Below are positions 48,801 through 62,270 of a stretch of DNA of 64,000 nucleotides, in pieces; within the stretch, counting starts at the first letter, position 1; every line of letters begins with the position of its first letter. The stretch spans positions 117,552,001 to 117,616,000 of the forward strand of contig OZ286462.1 of NCBI GenBank assembly GCA_965644265.1, in the 5' to 3' direction. The position numbers were made by a program, and so were the translations under genes. This DNA is from Glycera tridactyla. Taxonomy: Eukaryota. Under the pieces are notes generated by a model that was not told the DNA's origin, did not search any database, and saw only the letters and a program-made list of their open reading frames with translations.

Positions 48801-51329
48801 TGAATTAGCATACATGACCTGTTTGCCAACATATGACATCAGAGCATTCTTTTAGGCACAATCACTACCTCACAAATTGCTTCATGGAAAAACCCAAGGT
48901 TTGTGTCCATCGGTTCACACTCATGGATAGATGAAGTTGGCCACGTACCCATCTCACTGCATGGCGTATATCACATATTACACGTCCTGATACGATAAAT
49001 GCCTTGGCATAATGGCTTGAACATAAAATACCTTCCAAATCTGATTCATTGATTGGACCATTTGCCTAATCGATATTTTCATTGAAGAGTATTGCAAGCC
49101 TTCGGATTTGATACTGATATCACCAACCAATCCACAGTGATATGGTATGCAATATGTTTTCAGTTTAAAGTTATTACACTATCACTAAAACCTAGTGGGT
49201 ATCCTTTGACCCAAAACAGATATGCCTTGTATGCGCTTTGTAACATGCTACAATCTACCAGTTACTCAGACATGTGATCATTTTGCAGAAGTTTATCATA
49301 GGAGCTTGGTGAAGGGGAACCTCCGAAAGAGGATAAACCTTCATGGTGTGTGCCCACTCGAAGATGGAATAAAAGGTCTGACATACCATCGTTTATCGTA
49401 ATAACAAGCAGCCTCTTCTTGATCCCAGGTACATTGTTACGTTGATGAAGTCGACTCTTTGTGGCATAAGGTCAAGCCAATCATATGAATCAAATGATAC
49501 AATATCTGACTAACAAGCTCTATGACAGACAAAAAATATTGAATATGGCAAAGAAAAACACATTTATATGGCTGCATTCTGATACACAGTCTTGTTAAGT
49601 TTGCCATTGTCAGCTCACCTCAGATGGAGACATATGTAGTCACACTGATTTTCAGCGGAATAGCATTATGTTGAGTAGGACTCCTCTTCACTCTGATGGT
49701 GACCACATTGAACAGCCCTCACCATTATACACTCGACTAGAACCAGTAGGATCAACATAATCTGCATTTCCCTCTAAGGAGGCACTCCTGTGAGGAGGTA
49801 ACTGAGAACGACCTCGCCATTGCACCACTTCACTTCACTTCTACCTAAGAATGGGTACTTGGTCATGGGCAGTGGTGGCTTAGCTCGTGCAGTTTTTTAG
49901 GTCTGTGGCCGTATATTCCCTGGCGGATGGGTATAACCGGAGCCTGCTGAGGAATGTGATCAGTGGATGGAACGGAGTAGTTGAGGATGACAGTCTCTGA
50001 ACAACTACATTCGCATTCATTTTAATTGGTTGAGGTCAATGACCATCCAGGGCACACAATGAAGGCCCTCATTCATCCTATATATGAAGTATTCTGGAGT
50101 TGATGAATCATGACAGTGGTTCCAGGATTAGAATGCGATAGAGGTGGGAACAGGCAGCGAGATGGCCTCACAGATACTGTTCAAGTGGAGTGGCAATCTC
50201 ATATACCCTGATGGGTTCAAGCTCCCCTTCTGGAGGGAAAGTTTCATAATTGGATGAAGGGTCAATCCAGTATGGCCGGGATGAAATCAACATCAACAAT
50301 CTTAACCCTCCTTATTACACTTCACCCCCTGTGAGACGAAATCGGAATTGATGATACATGTATATACACAAACAAATGGAAATGAATGATGTCCTCGCCA
50401 TGGCTACTAATGCAGACTTGATGTCCGCCTGAGTGGAGCAAAGTGGGGTAATATCGAACATTGAAACATCAACTAGTATTTACGATAGATTTATGGTCAG
50501 TGAAATTGCATCGTGAAGGTTGGCCAATTAGGATTGATCCACTGATCAAAAGCAATTCAACTGCAGCCTAATACTGTTCAGCAATTAGCAGTGTCTTACA
50601 TCCCTAATTGAAAATCCGATCAGGGAATTAATCAGGCAATAAAATCCAATGCCTACCATCTGTCTGAAGTATTAGATTGGCCCATCGATCCGACAGAGTT
50701 GGGACCCTTATCTTGACATGGGTGTTTGGTGGCCATGCACTTTCACGACTTGGCAGTATCATATCAGTATTGGTGATTGATTGATTGATTGTTTGAGGTT
50801 TAACGGCATCAGTATTGGTGAAGGTGCATTACGAGCCTTAGAATGGAATCTACACCAATTCAAGCCAACATGTCAATTTCCTTACACAGAGCATACTACA
50901 CTGACTGACGGAGGACACATTGATTGTCTTCAGATTATATCTATCTTCATTCTCCATCAAGAATTCAGAAGAAGACTTTTTGACTGGCTCTACCCATGCC
51001 TATTGCATGAGTGTTTCAATATAGCTCATATAGTACTCACATACCGTGCAGCAAATAACCAATAAAAGCATTATCTTTGCAAGGTCTGAAAAAGGTGGGC
51101 CATGAACAATTCCATTCTTGCCCATCGTAGGAGTGTTTCAATGTAGCTCAGCTATACTCATGAGAATCCGAACAATCATCAGTTGGTTGCTTGAGGGTTT
51201 GCGTGAGTAATTGAGGTAATTGAGTACATATATTATCAGTGTATATGTCAACAGACATGAGTGGTCATTAATCAACATGACCTGTGACAAAGGATCTCAT
51301 GGTCAAAGTGATGTGTTTGTGAGCATTCC

Positions 51330-51558
51330 AATCAAACACACGGCCATTCAAGCGTTCGAATTTCTAAACAACAAAGCACCACGCTCAAGCTCAAATAAGA
51401 CCCTTCTGGTACCTAGATTTCGAACAGATAAAGCAAAGTCGAGCTTTGAATATAGAGCCAGTCACATTTGGAATGAACTTCCCCTGCACATCAGGACTTC
51501 AGGAAGTATTGACATTTTCAAGTCTAAGCTATCTGATCTGTCAACTTCAGTCATGTAA
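51330..51558 (+). mobile_element. Old CR1/L2 3'-end fragment (copy C)
   Basis: TLLVPRFRTDKAKSSFEYRASHIWNELPLHIRTSGSIDIFKSKL. Confidence 0.75.
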
Positions 51559-53493
51559 CCGTGTGTTTGTCTACGGAATATGTAGCTGATGATTATAGTG
51601 ACTATTATGATTATCGCCCCCACCACTCCCCAAAACCCCAGCCCCCTCCAACTCGGTCTGCTAATATGCGGTGGGGTGCTCTACCTGAATGGAGGTAATT
51701 GTTTGTTCCTAGTCAGTATTTTGTTTTCATGTGAGTAGATATATGAGGAGAATAGCTTCGAAATCATCTACACCTCCACATACAATCCTCATGGTTTTCT
51801 AGCAGTACAACTTGGGTGGCAACATGTTAGTAGTGCACCACTGGAACTACTGGAACCAATGATACCGGATCTATGTTTCGGGATATGAATTGGTTATGTG
51901 GTTTGTTTAGTCTGTTCGCTTGATTTGGTTCAACGTCATTTCAACCGGCTCGGGTTATAACAGATGGAACATGATGGAACCCCTACTCCACGCAAATGAC
52001 AGAAGTGGTTCATATGGGGGTACACAGGGGCAATATTCTTTGAATCAGCCTCACTTTGTATCTGATTCCAAAACACCATGAGAAAAAGGTCCTGAGGAAA
52101 CCGTTGATAATGAAGCTCAGCTACTTGATCAATTTTGTACAACAATTCCCATTTCCTCCTCGACAACATGTTGTATGTGCCTCTTGCGGATGTAGAACCA
52201 CCTGCTGGATAAACAATAAATGGCATTCCCCTAGCTACTTCATCAACTCTGTGACCACAGGATGGCCACGCTTTGAACTGGATCGTTATTCCCGCCTATG
52301 TACAGTCACTTCAGTCGTTTGTGAACAGATAGAAGTGAATGTTCGATAAAAGGAATCCATAAGGAACAATTCATCAAAAATAAAATATCTTCGCTTTTAT
52401 CTGATTTTTTGGAATGGGAATAGTGATTGCTTGGATTGACAGCATTGACGTTGATCAGGTGATTTGTTAGTTCTCAAGATAGCATTACTAATGCATGAAA
52501 CACATAAGCCTCAGTCTATTGAAAAGGAACTGTCGATCTGTCGATCTGTCTGTCTGTCTGTTAGGCTATCTATTCATCGGTCGATTCATCCGTAGGCCAT
52601 CCGCCTGTCTTTCTCTTTACCCATCTGTCTTGCTCACTCTCGCTCTCTCTCTCTCTCTCTCTCGCTCTCTCTCTCTCACACTCTCTCTCTCTATTCCTCT
52701 TTCTTTCTCTCACTTTCTCTCTCCCCATCAGGTTGACGACCATTTCTCTTGACAAAAATGGGAATGTTCTCACAACAATAGATCCAAGCAAATTTGAGTT
52801 ACATTCGTTTTCAGTCAAATATCTCAAATGCATACTGATTACTATATTGTAGGTGTTTTGACGATCTGTCCTGGGAGGAAGGTTAATATTGGCCGCAATG
52901 ATGGTGGTGGTAGTCAAGGTAGTGTTAGTAGTTGTGCTGGTGCTGGTGCTGGTGCTGGTGCTGGTGCTGATCCTTGTTCCACAAATTTCCCGAAAACATT
53001 ATTTGACATTCCACTGCAGCTGTATTGAGATATACAAGCAACAGAAGAGAGGCACCTTATACTTTCTTACAATTGGACGAATGAAGTGAAGCACACAGCC
53101 AATGAAGTGGTCATGAACGGGATATGAGCCATGACTGTGATTGTGAAATAAGTTTGCTTTTCGTATCTTACTAGTGTAATCGCCTTGTTTGCGATTTGTG
53201 GCATGCTTTTCTGGTGTGTAAGCTGGGCTTGTTCTGCTCAATCCATCATCCAACTCTAAACTATAAGAGTGAAAACCTGACTTAGAGAGCACTCATGTAG
53301 ATGAAAGATAGAGATGGAGATAGAGAGAGAGATAGAGAGAGAGAGGGGGGGGGGGGTAGAGAGGGAGTGCACACAAAACAGACAGACAAACAGACACACT
53401 GAAGGACGAACGGACAGATTACAGGGTGATAGGGCCACAGCCGAAGACAGAGCACAAAAGTGACAGGCAGACAAAGACAGACAGACAGACAGT

Positions 53494-53525
<32 letters not shown>

Positions 53526-53813
53526 CAGGCAAACAGAAGGACAATCAGACAAGGACAGACAGACGGACAGACAAACCGACGGGCTCTTACACAGTGGCAC
53601 TGCATTGAAATCATCTGCAGGCCCCCCACCATAAATGAGTGTAGGCTTTCATATGTTGCATCAGAATATCAGGAAGAGCCGGTGATGGATGCAGCTTCCT
53701 CGAATAGAAGACGTACATTTTATGTAGGGAAGCAGATTCAATCATCATCAATCACAAGATGTGAACACTGGTACATTGTTTGAGAGATTGAATCAGCCTG
53801 TTGTGATGCTTTA

Positions 53814-53840
53814 CATCATCATCATCATCATCATCATCAT

Positions 53841-53894
<54 letters not shown>
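53814..53894. repeat. (CAT)~27 microsatellite
   Basis: Near-perfect run with one AAT interruption. Confidence 0.96.
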
Positions 53895-54784
53895 TCAGAT
53901 CGTTAGTAGCCGTGATGAATGATGATTAATGATGACATTCAAGTACATGTTGTTACATCTCGGACTAACAGCCCATTGTATTCCACTGTCGCTACTGATC
54001 TCAAAGTTGAACCAGTATATTTTGATTGTATATATTTCTGTCCTCATCTTGGAAGATATGGCCATTGTTCCCTCATGTAAAACAACCAACCAACCTCCCT
54101 CCCATATCAGGAGTATGAAAAAACAGGGCATACGATGATCCCACCTGGGACTATGGTGATGTTAGCGTCTATATGGGAGCTGAGGGCCAATGGTGATAGG
54201 TTAGTGGTGGTGTTAGAACAAGATACCACAAAACAGTCACAATTATACCTCTTCCCCTGCACAGTTATAAGCTCAATAGCAAAGAAACAACAGCTATGAC
54301 TGTCAGACTAAGGAAGTCAGATCCGATATCACATGACTACTTGGTCGAACCATCTGTCAGTCAGATAAGACACCGATCACATTCTGTTTGAATCCATCTG
54401 ATGCGATGATTTGATGGATTGATGACCATTTCCTCTTCTGACATTGCTGAGTTTGCGAATTTGTCCCCTTGCATGGAATGAATCAATTGGTGTATGTGCA
54501 AGGAACATACCCCATATCCTCAGATATCATTATTGTAAAGCCTGGATCACCATGCATGAAGCAATATCGTACATCAACCTTATTAGTTAGTACACAATGT
54601 TTATTGCATCATATATCAAATCATACCGCCATCGTTATGAGAACATCATACATAATACGGCACATAATTCATCAAGGTTGATGCACTGGCTGGTCAGGAA
54701 GAACATCACTGTTTGTAGTGCATGAATCCTCTTACACAGATTCAATCAATAATTGGAATACAATCACTGGTAGCTATCATGATA

Positions 54785-54959
54785 CAGTGGAACCTCTCTA
54801 TAAAGACCGCCTTCGGTCGCATGAGAAGTGACATTTATAGGAGGTGGTCTTCATAGAGACGTCATTCACTGTTGAAAATACGACATGGTCGCAGCCCAGG
54901 GTGGTCTTTATAGGGAGGTGGTCTTCATAGAGAGGTGGTCTCTAGAGGAGGTTCGACTG
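54785..54959. mobile_element. Tc1/mariner-like MITE, family 2
   Basis: TA|CAGTGGAACCTCTC...GAGGTTCGACTG|TA; subterminal GAGGTGGTCTT repeats; absent from copy A (~21255-21265). Confidence 0.88.
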
Positions 54960-56582
54960 TACATTTATTTGTCGACAGAGGACAATTTTGGCTTAAGGTG
55001 AGATTCAAGTGAACTTTCGTAAAGATGGATTATGATCTGGTTGACAGGCCTGGATAAAAACACCATCAATATCGAATGATTTATCACATCATTTCGAGAA
55101 GGCTCAGTTTATTTTTGAAATGAAGAATGGGGATTTTACTAAACCGAGGCAATATAATTCATGGAGAACTTTTCTCTGAGCCAATCACATAATCACATTA
55201 GTAATCTCATTGCCATCAGATCTAATCATATCTTTCTGAGAAAGCCCAGATTATTTGTGACATGAAAAAAAACATTTATAAATGACTGAACAAAACTTTT
55301 AGAAACAAGTACATACTCACTGAAGTAACATGGTATCGTTAGATATCATCATCTCAGCGCCGCAAGCATGAAATTAGATGAGGATTGGGATTTGATCACA
55401 TTGCATCTGTAATACATCTTAATTGCCAGCGCGTATTTTGACCGAATTTCAACCAGGATAGATACATTAATGGGCGAGTGAAAAACAGGTGCAATGAGAA
55501 AATATGTGATGCAGAATTCAATCGAGCAAGATGTGTTTTTTCGGATGACATTTATTGCTGCTACATCCCTTCCAGATTCGTGAGTCACTTCAAAGGTAGA
55601 ACAATCAATACGAATATGTCTGCTTCTGCCGTCATGAAACCATCAATGCAAAAGTCGATAAAATAGATCATTATTGATGATGTTGATGCTGTTCAGATGA
55701 CAAGTAATGAGGCTGTTATCTCGACATCATGATTCCTTCTGACACACCAGCGATACGAAGGATGTCAGCTTGTATAAATAAACAATATAACTTTCTTGGT
55801 ATTATAACCTCCCGCAGGCGATTGTCAATATCATTATAAGGAAGATATCAGTGGCACCCTGTCTATCAATGTGATTTCTAGCTGGGAGACATGGATCTCT
55901 GTCAATTTTGATTTTTGTCAGTGAGTGCATATCGTAAGAGCATTGGGTCTTGTGTCGAACAATACAGAACAAATACTGTTGATGTGCGATTCACTGCATG
56001 CCTATCATGATTTTCAAACACAATACCTGGAATCATGGATAATCATTACAATGGAAGTACCAATGATTCTTCCTCTTGATCTGTTCAGACCATGAAGCTG
56101 GTACTGATTTGATCGAACTTGAACTTCTCTCAATTCCATTTGTCAGAATGTATTTGTGCATCCAATCCATTCTAGAATCCCATTATCGAGGTGTTTTCGA
56201 TATAGCGAGCAGGCTTTGGATCTCAGACCCAGTATACCATGTGTCCATCACTAGGAGGCTATGAGACAGGCACAATCGAGAAACCGATGATAGATTGAAT
56301 GCAGAGGTCATAGAGAACATGATTGATGTTGGGTTTGATCGAAAAGGCCGATCAGTTGGAGTTGGTCAATGGCGTAGATGATGTACGTGATGTGTCTTGA
56401 CCATCTTGTATGGAGAATGAGAAAGCTGTCACTGGTGCAGAGAGGATATATTTCTTGTCGCTGACCGTCTAATGCCTACAGATGATCTCCACCTACTTTA
56501 GCCGAGATGTAGCAAGCTATCTTAGAAAAGCTAGAATGATGATACTCACTGGTTGATCATGATACTGCGACCTCAGCTTTAT

Positions 56583-56814
56583 NNNNNNNNNNNNNNNNNN
56601 NNNNNNNNNNNNNNNNNNNNNNNNNNNNNNNNNNNNNNNNNNNNNNNNNNNNNNNNNNNNNNNNNNNNNNNNNNNNNNNNNNNNNNNNNNNNNNNNNNNN
56701 NNNNNNNNNNNNNNNNNNNNNNNNNNNNNNNNNNNNNNNNNNNNNNNNNNNNNNNNNNNNNNNNNNNNNNNNNNNNNNNNNNNNNNNNNNNNNNNNNNNN
56801 NNNNNNNNNNNNNN
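56583..56814. other. Assembly gap (N run)
   Basis: 232 N. Confidence 1.
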
Positions 56815-58009
56815 CCACAACTGCCCAATCATGCATTCATACTTTCATTGATCTATTCATTTATGTTTACGGAGCTGTCTGTCATCGCTAACTATGGCGT
56901 GATGACATCCCTCCTTCTGGCCAATGATGGGGGGATCAAAATCCATTCACACTGTCAAAACTATTTCTGTAACTTCTATCCCGTCTGGCATCGGTTGATA
57001 GATGCGAAGTCGTTGTAATAGTTTCAATACCTGTTCGGATCATTTGAGAGTGATCAGGTGAAAAGCAGATAATGAGATGGATGATAGTGAGGTATTCCTT
57101 GAAAAAGCTGAATGAAGGTGGGCCTACCTCTACAACTCATTGCTAATTGATGGAGTTGCAAGAGAGGACAAGACATTACAGGGTTTCCTGTTATGTCAGA
57201 TGGCAGTGATCAATCTTCAATCAAGATGGATCGCCACATGACTGCGTCCAGTATGGACGTTTCTCAGATCTACCATCAGGGCAGACCGATACTCTATAGC
57301 AGTTAATACACTTTGAGGGGAGTTTCAAAGTGTCATTTATTGGTTTGTAAAACATGACGTTTCATCAATCTCGGCGAAGGCTCTCAAGCGATGAGCTTTG
57401 TAATTGAATAGGATTGAAATTTGACGTTGAAATAATATCAAAATGTCATGGCTCTTGTAGAGATATGAGTGTAAACTTTAGTTGTGTCTTGCAATCAGAA
57501 ATACGGAGTGATTGATGTACCGTTCTTGATAAGAATGAGTAGATTATATATGAGGAAGTAGGTTCGATCATCATCCATCACATTATGTACAAACTGGTAC
57601 ATCGCTTGAAACATTGCATGAGCCTGTTGGTGATATTTCATATAATTCATCAACATAATCTGTCGAAAGCTGAATGCGTGGTCAATTACTTGGAAGATTC
57701 AGCACATTTTTACATATGATCCGAGTTTAGATAACATTCTCAAACATCTTTCATATAGGCAAATGCTACAATTTACTTTAATACTTGTCATAACTTGATA
57801 TTTAGACTTGCCCATGGCACATAATAGTTTGAAAAGAATATGTATCAAAACACAGCAAGCACCCACACTAGCATGGGGAAGCTGCTGGTTTGTTTTGGCT
57901 GGAAACTTGCCCTCTCCTAGCTGCAGGCGCACGGAGGCTGCACAGGTGAATGTAGCCAGCCTACTGTTGGTTGCATATTTTGTTTGTCCGTATCCAACTA
58001 GGCTCCTGC

Positions 58010-58899
58010 TGTTATATATCCTCTAGTGGGCTGTTTAGCTTGGCATTAAGGATGAGTACTGACACCCCACCGGCATCCACCAGGAGGGTGGCCCCGCTGT
58101 CAGAAAAGCAGATCAATCATGTGGCATCATGGGAGATACGGACAGGTACACCTGAGAACCTGGTAAATTGAATCTGGGACTAAGGTAAAGGGCAGGGGCC
58201 CCGAACACATACATATCTGCCACCTGTTGGTGCAAAAACACATTAGTGTACTAAGCTAAGTAACAAACCCATTCCACCTGTCATAATAGCAGTTCATCTG
58301 AAACCGGTGTAAGGGGTGCGTCTGGGATGAGCCACTAGAATCCACAGGTGCCCCTCTCGCGGGAAAAGATTCTCATTGGTACAGGTGTATTGCATCAGCC
58401 AGAAAGGTCAGGAGGTCCCATACCACCGCTCCTTGTAAAGGGGTCCGCTGATGCAACGGCAGGAAAACCCAGAAAACAGGCAGAATAGGCCCCGCCCCCC
58501 CCTATATAAGCTCCAACATTTGGGCTCCCAGGACCTGAAATCACTGGTCACAGAAAGGATCATACCATGCTCCACTAGCCTCAAGGACTTCTCCATCATC
58601 CACCACCACCACCCCTCTCAGGATCTACCATGACAAGCAGTTGGGACTTCAAACTTTACCATTGAACTTGAAGGATTCCTTGTGAACATTCATGTGGGAA
58701 GTGAGTTGCCTTCAGTCTTGATAGTGTGCTCAGGGTTGTGATCTGGTTAGAAGTTGAGCTCTGATTTCCCTAAGATCCCCTATCTCACTTTGATTGGTTG
58801 TCTCAAACCTTCACTGTAATTCACAAAGTAAGCGAGTTTGTTCTCAATTATCCCCAGAAATATTTATAATCATTGAACTTCAAACTGAAATCTACAACA
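58010..58899 (+). mobile_element. Putative LTR (TGT...ACA) with internal promoter
   Basis: Begins TGTTATATA and ends TACAACA, followed by AG-TGG. Contains an E-box cluster, GC box and TATA. No second LTR, TSD or clear poly(A) signal was found. Confidence 0.35.
58489..58510 (+). promoter_or_regulatory. GC box plus TATA box
   Basis: GCCCCGCCCC (58489-58498) directly followed by TATATAAG (58503-58510). Confidence 0.55.
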
Positions 58900-58916
58900 A
58901 GTGGTTGGTGTCTGTG

Positions 58917-59221
58917 AACAGGTAGTACTGTACAGTGGTCACAGTCTCCTGCTCATAAGAAGTGTCTACAAATACAATATCACACTCAGAGTTAGGGGTT
59001 TCTAACAGGTTGAACTGTACAGTGGACACAGTCTCCTGTTTTTCATCATAGAAAACAGTGGTGTGAGATTATGGTTAAGATCTGTGAACAGGTTGGACTG
59101 TTAAGTGGTCACAGTTCCCTGTTCTGTGCTAAAGAGAACAGTCTGAAATTTGCAATAAGTGTGAGATAAAAGATTGACCCAAGAAAACAGGTTGTGCTGC
59201 ACAGTGGACCCAGCACCTGTT
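58917..59221 (+). repeat. Four 36-37 nt hairpin repeats AACAGG...CAGTGG...CCTGTT
   Basis: Copies start at 58917, 59004, 59087 and 59186. Confidence 0.8.
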
Positions 59222-60503
59222 TATTATCAAGGAAACAGTGCATTGAAAGATTGGCCATTGAATAGAGTTGCTCTTGGGAATAGATATGCTATTCCATTCA
59301 GATAAATATTCAAACTAAGAATCAGGAACGTGGCAACAACACATCTGAAACAAGTTGCACTATATTGGAAATTCAGGATCTCTCTCTTGAAACAATTGAG
59401 CTGAAATCATCAGGCCAAAGATTGACAGGCTCACTGTGGACTGAGGCCCATGATATACTCTTGTTGATATTCAACTGAATGTCATAGAGCTAGAAATCCC
59501 TAGGCTAACTGGAGACCAAGGCCAGTGGCAGGTTGACCAGTAGAGATCTGGCATTTAATCATTGAAAGTCCCTAAATAAGTCATTGGATTGCCATCAATT
59601 AATAGAAATTCAGATTTCACTAACCGCTACTGAAAGCACTCCTCCTTTGGCGAACATTGGGCAGTGTTTGATAGCCAGTGAAATATATGGTTGCAACTGA
59701 GAGAAATACAGGACCAATTGGACTGAGAAGGCCTTCTGTAAAGTAGTCATCCCAGTTGCCTAGTTCCAGATTAAGCAGGCATCATCATTTTATATCAGTA
59801 GCATTATCAGATCAACCTGTGAGCAAATCTATACACACGTGCCAGTTGATCATTTAAGACACTAAGAAACTATCCCCACTCACTCAAGATTCAAATAGAT
59901 AAAGCAAAAGTCAAACCTGTGCAGAGAATCTGTGGAAGGCTCAGTCTTGCCCTCACACAACCCCCAAACACAAATATCCAGTGAAACCTGTGTTCATATC
60001 ATATTTAACAGCTTGTTGAAGCAAAGCCAGACTCAAGACCAAACATCTCACACCCGTGCTACTTGTGTTCAAAGAAAATAAGATTAAAAGCCCAACCTGT
60101 GCTAGGAGCTTGTGACGGAACCAGTCCACCTCTCTCACAACCCCCAACCACAAGAAGGATCCCGTGAAATACTGTATACATTGTATACAATACCTTATTT
60201 CACATATCCAAATCTATGCCTGTATCAACACAATCGGCGAATTTCTTTATGTTTCGCTCAAAATCAGCTTTGAACGAATGCCAGTGGAATCTAATGATAC
60301 GCGTGAAATAACAGTTCCATAGAAAATCGATGGCTATCCACATGCAATAATGTCTATCAGTGATGAGAAGATGGAGTAGCTTACAAAATCTTCAATATCA
60401 CACAGATTTTATAATGAATCATTCATCTATCAATCATACTGTGACACACATATGTTTTCTCTGGCTTGAAATTGAGCAGCTATTCTGTCAAACCTCTGAC
60501 AAA

Positions 60504-60722
60504 NNNNNNNNNNNNNNNNNNNNNNNNNNNNNNNNNNNNNNNNNNNNNNNNNNNNNNNNNNNNNNNNNNNNNNNNNNNNNNNNNNNNNNNNNNNNNNNNN
60601 NNNNNNNNNNNNNNNNNNNNNNNNNNNNNNNNNNNNNNNNNNNNNNNNNNNNNNNNNNNNNNNNNNNNNNNNNNNNNNNNNNNNNNNNNNNNNNNNNNNN
60701 NNNNNNNNNNNNNNNNNNNNNN
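60504..60722. other. Assembly gap (N run)
   Basis: 219 N. Confidence 1.
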
Positions 60723-61089
60723 AGAAGAGAGAAAGATGGGATATTTCGTGTCTATGTGCTCTATGTCTGTTCGCATGTGTGTGGGTGTTATCTACATATC
60801 AAGTATTTGAGCCATCTAGCTTTCACAACGTAAGATGTGACTAACTGTCTTGAACACTGATGTGCCTGCCACAGAATAAGGTCAAATCGATCAACTGCAC
60901 AGCCATCTTTAACCACATCCCAAAAAAGCTGCCTCCAACAGATAGAGCTTCGGTGATGCAATATCCAATCACTTAGTCTATTGCAATCAATATGTCCTTA
61001 TGTGAGATGCTATATGTGTGTCGCAGGACCCTTCGCTTTGACAGGAACATTTGCAGGCTTTTTGATACAAATGTTCCTGTATCTATTCT

Positions 61090-61450
61090 GAACAATATAT
61101 GTTCTTACACCAATTAATATATGCTTTTATGTCTGCTGTTATCAGTTTAGGTTCTTGCAATTGCATCTGAGAAGTTCTGGTACCTATTACTATCGATATA
61201 TGTTCTTATGTCTATCTGTATATTTTTCAACTATCTATTTTATTTATATTGCCATATATGAGCTTATTACTAATGCAATATATGTTCTTATGTCTATTGG
61301 TATATTGTTTCACTATCATCATCTCTTTTATATATAGATCTTGCCATGTATGAGCTTATTACTAATGCGACATATGTTCTTATGTCTATTGTTATCAATA
61401 TCTGACCCTATGCCTATCGTCACATATGTTTTCATGCTTTTTGCTATGAA
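61090..61450. repeat. Degenerate AT-rich tandem repeat
   Basis: ATATGTTCTTATGTCTAT and GAGCTTATTACTAATGC recur at ~85-110 bp spacing. Confidence 0.65.
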
Positions 61451-61769
61451 AATATGTTTACCTTTTACCTTGTTTCAGATTGATTTTATAAGATCCTCCC
61501 TGTTTAGATATATGGCACCACCATGGAACCTTCATGACTATCATGATCGTTTCAACCAACCCTACTCAATAAAGTAGTTTCCATATTCCCTCGAGATATT
61601 GGCCAGTTGTCAAATTGATGCCGCACCACTCTGAATGGTGAGGATTGAATGAGAGGAAGAGATGGAATGATAGTGAAACGTATCTGTTTGTTTTGTATCG
61701 CAGGCAGGACCTGTCGTGATCTATCACTGTTTTATCAGCTGGAAAAGTGATTTGGTTTGGGAGTGAAAG

Positions 61770-62270
61770 CCTGAATCAGAGTGCACTCGTGTATATGATG
61801 GGAACAATTAAAAATAGAGAGGCTGGAGAGAGAGGAGATACAGACAGACCGACAGACACACAGACACACAGACACACTGACACACAGACACACACACAAA
61901 CAAAGACACACAGACAGACAGACAGATGTATGAGAAATTCTGATGTGTATCCGGGCGATTGAGGTATCTTAGGCAGAAAATTATGATTTTTTGATTAGAA
62001 CAGTGGGTCCAACATAAAGGCAAGCACTGCACTTATTACATGCGTATGGACCTCCATATATCCTACTCAAATATCAGGAAGAGCCAGTGTTCGATGCATC
62101 ATTTGCGATGGTAAAACTTAAGTCATATGAGGGGAAGCAAATCCAGTCCTAATCGATCACAGGATATGACAATGGTACATTTTTTGAAATATCGCATTAT
62201 TTCAGCTTTCTGATGATGCTTCCCATAATCCATCAATAAAATCTGTCACGATTCGAAAGTGCAGTCCATG
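61770..62270. repeat. Diverged fourth fragment (copy D) of the duplicated unit
   Basis: GAGTGAAAGCCTGAATCAGAGTGCACTC resembles 53268-53296; (CAGA)n tract; AATATCAGGAAGAGCC and GATGCTTCCCATAATCCATCAA resemble 53666-53681 and the reverse complement of ~8378-8399. Confidence 0.7.

Larger units (their letters stand above)
46500..56150. repeat. Large duplicated unit, copy C
   Basis: Collinear with copy A 4890-7850, copy B 40260-46050 and copy A 20691-23830; lacks the family-1 MITE. Confidence 0.88.

Noticed and set aside
56517-56891. ORFs spanning N runs (also 60360-60833)
   Set aside because: Artefacts of assembly gaps.
58900-58916. A specific tRNA primer-binding site after the putative LTR
   Set aside because: TGGTTGGTGTC gives at best a 7-nt match to a tRNA-Leu-type PBS; not enough to assign.
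58917-59221. Iron-responsive elements or a CRISPR array
   Set aside because: The CAGUG loop is not closed by the 5-bp stem plus C-bulge required of an IRE, and position 6 is G. Spacers share motifs and no cas genes are present.
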